A stretch of 64,000 bases of DNA from Eledone cirrhosa (taxonomy: Eukaryota), in the NCBI GenBank assembly GCA_964016885.1, contig OZ024740.1, forward strand, positions 1,550,001 to 1,614,000. The letters are read 5' to 3'. The notes beneath the pieces were generated by a model, which was given only the letters and a program-made list of their open reading frames with translations, searched no databases and was not told the DNA's origin. The translations under genes were made by a program, and so were the position numbers. Shown here piece by piece: positions 23,588-34,400 of this stretch (position 1 is its first letter; every line of letters starts with the position of its first letter).

Positions 23588-26500
23588 CTACAGGCTGATA
23601 TAGAGAGAAGACCCATTCACTCTGGCCATTCTCCCTACTTTCACCCACCTTTCATAAAACTTGCTGGGGTAGAGCACCTCTCTCTCCATTCTGATTCTTC
23701 TTTTAAAATGGTATTTGAAAAAGGGGACCAGTTGTTGGCCAGAGAGAAAGGTGTCTGACCTCAGCCCTTTCAGCCTCGTCCACTTACAACTTCTTTAGCC
23801 ATGGCTATCACACAGAGAAAAACCGCCTCTCCTTCGTTTTTGAAAGGGGGAGGCGGTTTGATCGTGACAATGGACTCGGTGGTCAACCGGATTGGTGCCA
23901 CCCTCGACAGTAGTCGTTCCACATAGCCCCACAGGTCAGCAATGCCTGGGCAGTGTACGAATGCGTGCGCAACGGTTTCGTCATCATGCACGCATCTCGG
24001 ACAGATCTTATTCAAAGGATCCCTACCCAGGCTCCCATGCCTGTGGAGCTTGTCTCGAACGGGTAGAGCCCCTCGGTAGCACTGCCAAGCCAGGGACTTT
24101 TGGAAGTTGTCCATCGGTCCAGGGCCAAACGTCCTACCGAACAGACTGGCCAGTTCATCTTCCTCCATGCCTAGAGCTTCTCCGAGAGCATCGTCGCACC
24201 TACTGCGTACCAACCCTCTATAGAATGTCGAGGTGGAGTCTCCACTGATTGCCGAGTCCGCTTTCCAGAGGGCCGTGAGCGCCTGGGCACATTCAATGTG
24301 CCAGTTGCCCACTTTTCTCGGTCTTTGCTTGACCCAGGATTGCAGCTCGGTGAGCGAGACGAGTCTGGGAAAGGCTCGCCTCACAAACGGGGCCCACACC
24401 GGTTGACCGGTGAGGAATACCTGGAGGTGCCGTAGCCTTAATGCGTGTTTACGCATCTGTAGCCACGGCATCCCCAGCTCTCCTTTCGAAGGGTGTTGAC
24501 AGCAGATGGATCTCCTCACCAAAGGGGTCCGCTTGTTCCAAAGAAATTGGAACAGCGCGCACTCCATTTTGGCGAGACTTTTCACTGGGCAAGGCACGAT
24601 GGTCAAGCGGTAGTAGATGACGGATGCTATATAAGTATTCGCCACCTCCGCTCGACCTTTCAGGGATAGTTTGCACTGGGCCCACTTCTGGGTGAGTGCA
24701 AACACCCTGGCCGTTACCTCGTTCCAGTTTTTCTCCACCTGGAGGTCTGGTCCGAACCAGACCCCAAGCAGCTTCACCGGGCCCTCCGTCCAGCGTCCAA
24801 CGACGTCATTGGAGGGCATCGGTTTGCCTCTCCATGTTCCGAGTTGCAAACCGACGGACTTGTCCCGGTTCAGCTTGGTTCCTGTAAACCTTTCATATTC
24901 CTCCAGTAAGGTGCCGATCTCACCGATTTGCGAGGTTTTCGACACCATTACTGTCACGTCATCGGCGTAGGCCGACGCCGCTTTCTGCAATCCCGGTTCC
25001 AAAGGGATGCCCTGCAACCGCTCCAACTTCCGCAGTAGTGGCTCAAGAGCCAGCACATACAGAAGGGAGGAGAGAGGGCATCCCTGTCGGATGGATCGCA
25101 TGATTTGGAACAGCTCCGAGAGGTGGCTGTTCACCTTGACCCTTGAGCAGACGTTGCTGCTGTGCATCGCAGCAATCCAACCCCTGAAAACGGGTCCGAA
25201 GCCTGCCGCCGCGAGCACCGCATCCAGGTAACGATGGTCAACCCTATCGAAAGCTTTAGATTGATCCAAGTTGATCAGGGCCCCACCAAAGCCGGGTTCA
25301 TTCCCTACCCTCTCTATGATGTATCGCATAAGGTGGAGATGGTCGTGAATGGACCTGGACAGGATTGCACATGTCTGCGCTTCTCCCACCAGGTTTCCGA
25401 CGACAAGCGCCAACCTCTTCGCTAACACCTTGGCCAAAATCTTTAACTCTGTATTTAGCAGAGTTATGGGCCTGAAGTTACTTATGCCAGCCCCCTTGTT
25501 CTCATCCTTCCTCACCAGCATAACTATGCCCTTGGTCACAGAACTGGGAATTCTCCCGTTCTGCTGCCAGTTGCAGTAGACTGCTTCGAGGATATCGGAG
25601 AACAAGTCCAGCATCGCTACATATAGCTCGTATGGTAGACCATCGACACCCGGGGATTTGCGTTTGCTGCATTGGCTCAGCGCCGCCCCTATCTCAGCAG
25701 CTGAAATCGGCCTTTCGCAGGACTTCGCCTCCGCGTCCGAGAGGCGTGGCAGACCGTCGAGGTATGGATTGAAATCCATAGTCTCACCCGGCGCGCTGCC
25801 CCTCTCGAACAGTCGTGCAAAGTGCCGCTGAAAGGCCGCACACATCTGCCCAGGTTCAAGGATCACACGCCCATCCTGGTCCTTCAAAGACCGAATCGTG
25901 GACTTGTTCCCACTTTTTGCCTCTGTCACTCGGGCCCAGCTCACAGCTTTGGCTCCCTAATTACCCAGAGCACGTATTTTACTCCTGACAACGCAGCCTT
26001 CATGCTTCACCTCAAAGAACTAGTCTAAGGCCATTCTTGATGCCAGCACGCCGGCTACATTGCCACTCCTAATCGCCTCTTCTACTCTATCTACTAATTC
26101 CCTTTCCGTCTTGTTCCTATCCCTTGCTAATTCCTGACTAAATCCTATCGATTCTATTCTAATTGCTCTCTTAAGAGAGCTCCACCACCTGTTGTTGACA
26201 ATTGCCCCTGTCAAGCTCTGCTTAACTAACGTGCTAATCCGTTTACTGTAAGCTTTGCTTGTCGGTAAGGACAAGTTCAGCTTCCAGTAACCGGGTCCCT
26301 GTCTATGGGTTCTATCAAGGTTGGCTATGCAGGTCACTAACTTGTGATCCGAATAGTCAACCATGAACATTTTTGGACAGCTAAATGTGTCCCTATCCTT
26401 CTCTCTAACTAGGACCCTATCTAGGTACGACCTAGATGTTCCGCTGCGATTGGTCCACGTCCATAGTGGTACAGTCGGAAAATCTAGTCGATATCTATCA

Positions 26501-27023
26501 GCCAGGTCAAATCGGCCGATTAACCTTTTGAGGCTTTTACACCCCCCTCTATTGGCACATGCCCCTACATAGTCCCAACGTGCATCCAGGATACCATTCC
26601 AGTCCCCCCACTAAAAGCAAGGAGCGGGACGTTCCCAGAAAAGTTTCCAGACGTTGGAAGTATTCTGGCCACGCTGCCCAAAAAGGGGCGTACACAGCAA
26701 TTAGTCTAAGGGCTCCACTTTCACTACTGTCGACGTCTAAAACCACCAGTTGACCCTCCGGGTCCAGGTGCACCTTCTGTATGGCGAGGCCTAGGTGTTT
26801 TCGCAGCAGAACGACAACTCCCCCCCCCCCCCGGTTGACAGAGAGATGCGAAGATCTCAAAGTCGTCGAAGAGGGGCGCCAGTTGGTGCTCGCTGCTGAT
26901 CCTGGACTCGCAAATAGCCATTACATCCATTCTATGCGACCTGAGATCGTTTAAAAGTTTGCCTTGTTTCCAAGACAGTCCCAGGCCGCGTACATTCAGA
27001 CACCCAACTCTTATATCAGCCAT
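23588..27023 (-). pseudogene. Tx1 ORF2 (APE endonuclease, reverse transcriptase, zf-RVT) disrupted by 3 frameshifts and 1 stop
   Basis: Motifs LNVRGL, GDWN, YLDRV and SDH (APE); KSPGVDGLP, FRPITLLN, DQSKAFDRV, QGCPLS and YADD (RT); CPRC..ETVAHAFVHC. Frameshifts at the C13 run (26820-26832), the C6 run (26604-26609) and ~23783; TAG at 26020-26022. Confidence 0.92.
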
Positions 27024-27044
27024 GTTGGTTAAAAGAGGAAGGAC

Positions 27045-28757
27045 CTACCTGTTCGGCTCCTGAGGAGCAGGTTGCACAATATCCATGGGCGTATTGGAGG
27101 GGTTGTTTGGTGGGATGTTGTTCTGTGGTGGAGTGGGGGTGTTTGGTGAGGTGTGGGTGGGGAAACGTTTCAAGAGGACGCGGTTATAGGGTCGAGTACA
27201 TGTTTTCCCCACGTCCTCAGGAAAGTTCTCTCTTAGTTTTGCATAGGTGTCCATTGGGAGTCTTATCATTTTTAAATGCGGTTTGTTGGCCGCGCTTGCA
27301 AAGAATTGCCCTTCAGTTTCCACCGAAGGGTCTTTGTGTATTGTTTTTACTAGTTCTTTGTTATTTGTGTTAATGTATGTATACTGTTTTATTTGTGTTG
27401 TGTTTGTTTGTTGTTCTTGTGTGTGCTTACGTTTTGTTGTATGTGTTATGTTTTGGGGTGGGGCGGATTTTGTTTGTTCTGTTTGTTTTGTTTTTGTTGG
27501 TGGTTGTGTGTTTGTTTCGTTTATGTTCGAGTGGTGCTTTCTTTTTTTCCTTTTTACAGGTTGGAAGGGTCCCCCCTCTTCGTCACTAGGTGCCGTTTCA
27601 GCTGGGTCCTCGTCCGTGCTGTCGGGTAGTGGTGTATTTTGGGGTTTTGTTGTGTTTGTGTGTGTTTTTGGAGTTGTTTTGGGTGGGGCCGTGTCTTGTG
27701 TTATTTTTCCGTGTTGTTTTTGTTGTTGTTGTGGTGGTGGTGGTGGTAGTGTGTGGGGTGTAGGCAAAAGAGCCTTTTTTTTTGTCAATTGAGGACAGGC
27801 AGCCCTTAGATGACCCCTGCTTGAACAGTAGTAACATATGGGCCTCCTACCCTCGGCTGAAATGTATATAAATGTTTCTCCATCGAGGGACACCCTCTGT
27901 GGTATTCTAGCTATTCGTTCTGGTCTCATTTGGACCAGAACCTCCACGCTCAAACCGCCGAAAACGTCTGTGGTGACTTCTCCTACTGAGAGGATTCCGT
28001 CCTCGTCTTCTAAAAATCCTGTTAGTACCCAGGAAATGCATGCATTTGGCCGGATTCCGGAGACCCTTATTTTCTGCGTTCTTTTCCCTAAATATGTGGG
28101 GAAAAATGTATGTAGCTTGGAAACAATTGGCGCCACAGAGTATTTCCTGGCCGTCAATTGATCCTTCATTAGCACCGTTATATTCCCATAGAGTGGCCCG
28201 TTTTGTATGAACGATATATCACTCCACACATTTTTTAGAACCAGCTCAATTTCTTTTTGGGATAATTGAGCTGGTTTCCTTGTTATGTTGGAAATTGTTC
28301 TGAAAGATATCGTTCTTAGTGTCGTGTCTCTTTTGATTTCTTTTGGGGAGGTGATTGTGAAGTCTCCTCCTTCTTTGAAAGTTACATACTGTTTTGCTTC
28401 CTTCATCTTTGCTCTCAGAGTTGTAATGTCCAGTTGCTTGCAGGTCTGTGTTTTCCGGACCGCCTGTGCAAAGGAGGCACCAGTAGTGGGTTCGCTTTGT
28501 TTGGTGCTATCGTTATTTTTTCCTTGGTTGGTGTTGTGACTATTGCTGTTATTGTCATTGTTGTTTTTCTCTGCGTTTATGTGACTTTCTGGGTTTTCAC
28601 CCATTTTTACAAATTTTTCTTTTAATTCCGTGTTCCATGTTTCTTTTGCAGAAGTGAGGAGGGAAGACTTAGATCCTTGTGCTTCTAGCTTCTCTGTATC
28701 ACCTTTCTTAGGGGGCGTGGCTTTCTCATTAGGATGAGATGTGAAAATTCCGTCCAT
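27045..28757 (-). CDS. Tx1 ORF1 (gag-like nucleic-acid-binding protein), open
   Basis: First ATG at 28757 (MDGIFTSH). CX2CX4HX4C knuckle CYYCSSRGHLRAAC and basic KRKKRK stretch. 21-bp spacer to the ORF2 ATG. Confidence 0.88.
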   Translation of the reverse strand: MDGIFTSHPNEKATPPKKGDTEKLEAQGSKSSLLTSAKETWNTELKEKFVKMGENPESHINAEKNNNDNNSNSHNTNQGKNNDSTKQSEPTTGASFAQAVRKTQTCKQLDITTLRAKMKEAKQYVTFKEGGDFTITSPKEIKRDTTLRTISFRTISNITRKPAQLSQKEIELVLKNVWSDISFIQNGPLYGNITVLMKDQLTARKYSVAPIVSKLHTFFPTYLGKRTQKIRVSGIRPNACISWVLTGFLEDEDGILSVGEVTTDVFGGLSVEVLVQMRPERIARIPQRVSLDGETFIYISAEGRRPICYYCSSRGHLRAACPQLTKKKALLPTPHTLPPPPPQQQQKQHGKITQDTAPPKTTPKTHTNTTKPQNTPLPDSTDEDPAETAPSDEEGGPFQPVKRKKRKHHSNINETNTQPPTKTKQTEQTKSAPPQNITHTTKRKHTQEQQTNTTQIKQYTYINTNNKELVKTIHKDPSVETEGQFFASAANKPHLKMIRLPMDTYAKLRENFPEDVGKTCTRPYNRVLLKRFPTHTSPNTPTPPQNNIPPNNPSNTPMDIVQPAPQEPNR

Positions 28758-28967
28758 TTCTATTAGTTTGCCGTAATAAATTTTTAACTGGAAAATTCGC
28801 CCCAAAAAGGGGCGAAAATAAATAAACTCAAAGTTTGACGACCAAGGCAAGGGGTTAACGTATATTACAGTATAAAAAAATTAATCAAAACTCACTTTTG
28901 AGTAAGTAAATCCAACTCGGTAGCCGAGCTTGTTCACACACGTCAACACACGTCTCTCGTATACGAG

Positions 28968-29870
28968 ATGTTATGTGAGATATTATGTGAGGTAAAGCCT
29001 TTACTATAAAAATACAATAGTATATATAGAGTAATGTAAATGTTATGTGAGATATGTGAGGTAAAGCCTTTACTGTGAAAATATAATAGTATATATAGAG
29101 TAATGTAAATGTTATGTGAGATATGTGAGGTAAAGCCTTTACTGTGAAAATACAATAGTATATATAGAGTAATCTAAATGTTATGTGAGATATGTGAGGT
29201 AAAGCCTTTACTGTGAAAATACAATAGTATATATAGAGTAATGTAAATGTTATGTGAGATATGTGAGGTAAAGCCTTTACTGTGAAAATACAATAGTATA
29301 TATAGAGTAATGTAAAAGTTATGTGAGATATTATGAGAGGTAAAGCCTTTACTGTGAAAATACAATAGTATATATAGAGTAATGTAAATGTTATGTTAGA
29401 TATTATGTGAGGTAGAGCCTTTACTGTGAAAATACAATAGTATATATAGAGTAATGTAAATGTTATGTGAGATATGTGAGGGAAAGCCTTTACTGTGAAA
29501 ATATAATAGTATATATAGAGTAATGTAAATGTTGTGTGAGATATGTGAGGTAAAGCCTTTACTGTGAAAATACAATAGTATATATAGAGTAATGTAAATG
29601 TTATGTGAGATATTTGAGGTAAAGCCTTTACTGTGAAAATACAATAGTATATATAGAGTAATGTAAATGTTATGTGAGATATGTGAGGTAAAGCCTTTAC
29701 TGTGAAAATACAATAGTATATATAGAATAATGTAAATGCTATGTGAGATATGTGAGGTAAAGCCTTTACTGTGAAAATACAATAGTATATATAGAATAAT
29801 GTAAATGCTATGTGAGATATGTGAGGTAAAGCCTTTACTGTGAAAATACAATAGTATATATAGAATAATG
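28968..29870. repeat. 69/72-bp tandem array, right part (~13 units), ending in the MITE TIR
   Basis: Same unit as 22362-23350. The last units carry TGTAAATGCTA, the inner part of the TIR. Confidence 0.95.
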
Positions 29871-30017
29871 TAAATGCTAAAGGGTTAAATAAAGTAAAAA
29901 CTTCAAATTTTAATCTGATGCACTTTTGTATTTTTTAAGAATGTTTTGCTAATACAATTTTGTGTGGAACAGAATGTTAAGAGTTAGAAAATTAAGTAAA
30001 TGAAACATTTATTTCAG

Positions 30018-30124
30018 ACTTTTTGATGTCTGTCTATCAAACTTTCCATGAACTCCTCGGCACTTCTCGGGAAATGTACACGGCCTTGGCCCACAGTATG
30101 AAGTTACTAACAAACCAAGAACTG
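30018..30124 (+). CDS. OSBPL1A: OSBPL1A/ORP1L-like exon (phase 1 to 0): (D)FLMSVYQTFHELLGTSREMYTALAHSMKLLTNQEL
   Basis: TTATTTCAG acceptor and CTG|GTAAGG donor. Resembles ORP1L 'SEASRETCVALTDCLNLFTKQEG' (recalled). In frame with the next exon. Confidence 0.85.
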
Positions 30125-30317
30125 GTAAGGGAAGTTTTATATAACTTTGATAACATTCGGCTAGCATTGGCCCAGGCCATGTCTAACTTAATAGCACCAC
30201 CTGGCAAAGTCTTTCAAATCAGGATTTGGACAATATGGCCCACTCAATCATCATCATTGTCATTTTACGTCTGCTTTTCCTTGCTTGCAAGGGTGGGACA
30301 CTGAAAAAGTTTACATG

Positions 30318-30390
30318 TACCTCGCGACCCGGATTGAACGCAACACCAGGATCTCCACCATCTCTAGTACCTACCACTAGGCCACAGAGA
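30318..30390 (-). other. tRNA-like Pol III head (A and B boxes), probably a SINE or pseudo-tRNA fragment
   Basis: TGGCCTAGTGGTA ... GTTCAATCC on the minus strand; the acceptor stem does not close properly. Confidence 0.45.
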
Positions 30391-31041
30391 CAACTACAAC
30401 TCAAGTAGAGAGTTTACGGAGACATATCTGGGTGTAGAAGGTTCATCCCGGAATATTTGGAGGAATTTGTCGAAAGACTTCTTGAATTTTATGGGATCTG
30501 TTTCTGTTTTAATGTGTTTTGGTGTAAGAGAAGCAGTTGAGGTGAAATATATATATATATTTTTTACTTATTGTTATACCATCCCTGTATCTAAACATGT
30601 ATTGAGTACTACCCTCGTCTGTGGTTGTCCTAGTTTCCATAGCGTGAACATTTCACATACATTTTCTGATGATTTCTAAAGAATGAAACAGCTCTAGTCT
30701 TGTATGTAGAAGTCATTTCTAATGATTCTTTCTATTCACTGTAAATGGACAGCTGAAATAGAGCAAATGATTTAGACACAGGTGTAGACTCTGGAGAGAG
30801 TGGGGTAGGGGGAGGGGAGGGAGGGGTGGATAGAGGGAGTGGAGAGAGAGGGAGGGACAGAGTGTGTGTAGAGAGGGGAGGGAGAGTGAGTGGGAGAGGA
30901 AGGGAAGGGGTGGGGTTGAGTGGGAGAGAGAGAGGGACGGAGGGTGAGAGAGAGGGAAAGAGAGTGAGTGGGTGAGAGAGAGAGAGCAATGTGATTCTAC
31001 ATACTTTATATTACACTCACTATTATGTTGGTGTCCGTCAG

Positions 31042-31219
31042 GTGGTTGAGGCCCAGCTGAAAGAGGAGAAAGAGAAGTCCCGTGTCCTAGAGGAAGCACT
31101 ACATGCTTTAGCCACAGAACACCATGAATTGGAATGCAGTTTCAGTTCTAACCAATACCCGTCACGTTTCTATGACACTGATGATGATGAATTCTATGAC
31201 TGTGATGCCCAGAGTTTAG
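31042..31219 (+). CDS. OSBPL1A: OSBPL1A/ORP1L-like exon (phase 0 to 1), coiled coil plus FFAT motif: VVEAQLKEEKEKSRVLEEALHALATEHHELECSFSSNQYPSRFYDTDDDEFYDCDAQSL
   Basis: CCGTCAG acceptor and AG|GTAAGT donor. Strong resemblance to human ORP1L 'EQEKNKILSEALETLATEHHELEQS...EDEFYDA' (recalled). Confidence 0.92.
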
Positions 31220-31462
31220 GTAAGTCATCAATAACTGATCAATACTTCGATTATATCACATCTCTTCTTGGTCAGAATTTTTTTTTTTTCAGTGTTTCAC
31301 TTTTTTATGTTTTTGTTTCTATTGATTTTCTTTTTAAGGTTTGTTTTTTTTTGTTTTTTTTTCATATTTGTCTTGTTGTCATTGATCAGGTCAGATGAGA
31401 ATTAGGTTGGGCTGTTGGGGAGGTTGGGGTAGTTGGCAGGGGTACTACTTGCTTCAAGTAGT

Positions 31463-34400
31463 ACCTGGGACTATTACCAGCTGTGGTGAGGCCTACATTT
31501 CACATCTGACCTGGGACTATTACCGGCTCTGGTGAGGCCTACATTTCACATCTGACCTGGGACTATTACCAGCTATTGTGAGGCCTATATTTCACATCTG
31601 ACCTGGGACTATTACCAGCTCTGGAGAGGCCTACATTTCACATCTGACCTGGGACTATTACCAGCTATTGTGAGGCCTACATTTCACAGCTAACCTGGGA
31701 CTATTACCAGCTATGGTGAAACCTACATTTCACATCTGACCTGGGACTATTACCAGCTATGGTGAGGCCTACATTTCACATTTGACCTGGGACTAATACC
31801 AGCTTTGGAATGTCTATATTTCAATTCTGACCTGAGACTATTACTAGCTATGGTAAGGTCTATATTTCAAATCTGACCCGGGACTAATACCAGCCAAGGT
31901 GAGGTGTGCATTTCACAACTGACCTGGAACTATAACCAGCTCTGTTGAGGCCTATATTTCACATCTGACCTGGGACTATTACCAGCTCTAGTGAGGCCTA
32001 CATTTCACATCTGACCTGGGGCTATTGTGAGGCCTACATTTCACAGCTAACCTGGGACTATTACCAGCTATGGTGAAACCTACATTTCACATCTGACCTG
32101 GGACTATTACCAGCTGTGGTGAGGCCTACATTTCACATCTGACCTGGGACTATTACCAGCTATGGTGAGGTCTACATTTCACATCTGACCTGGGATTATA
32201 ACCATCTCTGGTGAGATCTACATTTAACATCTGACCTGGGACTATTACCAGCTCTGGTAAGGCCTACATTTCACATCTGACCTGGGACTATTACCAGCTA
32301 TGGTGAGATCTACATTTCACATCTGACCTGGGACTATTACCAGCTCTGGTAAGGCCTACATTTCACATCTGACCTGGGACTATTACCAGCTATGGTGAGA
32401 CCTACATTTCACATCTGACCTGGGACTATTACCAGGTCTGGTGAGCTCTACATTCCTCATCTGAACTGGGACTATTAACAGCCAAGGTGAGGTCTACATT
32501 TCACATCTGACCTGGGACTAATACCAGCTTTGGAATGTCTATATTTCACATCTGACCTGGGAATATTGCCAGCCAAGGAGAGGTCTAAATATCACATCCA
32601 AACTGGGACTATTACCATCTCTGATGAGGCCTACATTTCACATCTGACCTGGGACTATTTCCAGCTCTGGTGAGGTCTACATTTCAAATCTGACCTGGGA
32701 TTATTACCAGCTATGGTGAGGCCTACATTTCACATCTGACCTGGGACTATTACCAGCTCTGTTGAGGCCTACATTTCACATCTGACATGGAACTATTACC
32801 AGCTATGGTGAGGCCTACATTTCACATCTGACCTTGGACTATTACCAGTTCTGGTGAGGCCTACATTTCACATCTGACTTGGGAATATTACCAGCTCTGG
32901 CGAGGCCTACAGTTCATATCTGACCTGGGACTATTACCAGCTATGGTGAGGCCTACATTTCACATCTGACCTGGGACTATTACCAGCTCTGGTGAGGCCT
33001 ACATTTCACATCTGACCTGGGACTATTACCAGCTCTGGTGATGTCTACATTTCACGTCTCATATGGGACTATTGCCAGCTTTGATGAGGTCTACATTTCA
33101 CATCTGACCTGGGACTATTTCCAGCTATGGTGAGGCCTACATTTCACATCTGACCTTGGGGCTATTACCAGCTGTAGTGAGGTCTAAATTTCACATCTCA
33201 CTTCGGACTATTACCAGCTGTCGTGAGGTCTACATTTCATATCTGACCTGGGACTATTACCAGCTATGGTGAGGCCTACATTTCACATCTGACCTGGGAC
33301 TATTACCAGCTCTGGTGAGGCCTACATTTCATATCTGACCTTGGACTATTAACAGCCAAGGTGAGGTCTACATTTCACATCTGACCTGGGACTAATACCA
33401 GCTTTGGAATGTCTATATTTCACATCTGACCTGGGAATATTGCCAGCCAAGGAGAGGTCTAAATATCACATCCAAACTGGGACTATTACCAGCTATGGTG
33501 AGGCCTACATTTCACATTTGACCTGGGACTAATACCAGCTTTGGAATGTCTATATTTCAATTCTGACCTGAGACTATTACCAGCTATGTTAAGGTCTATA
33601 TTTCAAATCTGACCCGGGACTAATACCAGCCAAGGTGAGGTGTGCATTTCACAACTGACCTGGAACTATAACCAGCTATAGTGAGGTCTACATTTCACAT
33701 CTGACCTGGAACTATTACCAGCTATAGAGGCCTACATTTCACATCTGACCTGGGACTATTACCAGCTCTGGTGATGCCTACGTTTCACATCTGATCTGGG
33801 ACTATTATCAGCTCTGGTGAGGCCTACATTTCATATCTGACCTGGGACTATTTGCAGCTATGGTGAGGCCTACATTTCACATCTGAGCTGGGACTATTAC
33901 CAGCTCGGGTGAGGCCTACATTTCATATCTGACCTGGGACTATTTCAAGTTATGGTGACACCTACATTTCACATCTGACCTGGGACTATTACCAGCTCTG
34001 GTGACGCCTACATTTCACATCTGACCTGGAACTGTTACCATCTCTGGTTAGGCCTACATTTAACATCTGACCTGGGACTATTTCCAGCTATGGTGACACC
34101 TACATTTCACATCTGACCTGGAACTATTACCATCTCTGGTGAGAACTACATTTCACATCTGACCTAGAACTATTACCAGCTCTGGTGAGGCCTACATTTC
34201 ACATCTGACCTGGGACTATTACCAGCTATGGTGAGGCCTACATTTCACATTTGACCTGCGACTAATACCAGCTTTGGAATGTCTATATTTCAATTCTGAC
34301 CTGAGACTATTACCAGCTATGGTAAGGTCTATATTTCAAATCTGACCCGGGATTAATACCAGCCAAGGTGAGGTGTGCATTTCACAACTGACCTGGAACT

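Larger units (their letters stand above)
23351..28967 (-). mobile_element. Full-length Tx1-like (L1 clade) non-LTR retrotransposon, ~5.6 kb
   Basis: ORF1 with a CCHC knuckle, and ORF2 with APE, RT and a C-terminal zinc-binding region. The 3' end is ...GGCAAATAAAGAAACC without poly(A). It interrupts one 72-bp array unit. Confidence 0.93.
22021..29884. mobile_element. piggyBac-type MITE inflated from ~220 bp to 7.9 kb by nested insertions and an internal tandem array
   Basis: 16-bp perfect TIRs (CCCTTTAGCATTTACA / TGTAAATGCTAAAGGG). TTAA TSDs at 22017-22020 and 29885-29888. The internal sequence matches the short copy at 51628-51846. Confidence 0.9.

Noticed and set aside
23892-28625. Short + strand and alternative-frame ORFs overlapping the Tx1 element (likewise 59313-60488 over the RTE)
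   Set aside because: Antisense or shadow frames of retrotransposon coding sequence.
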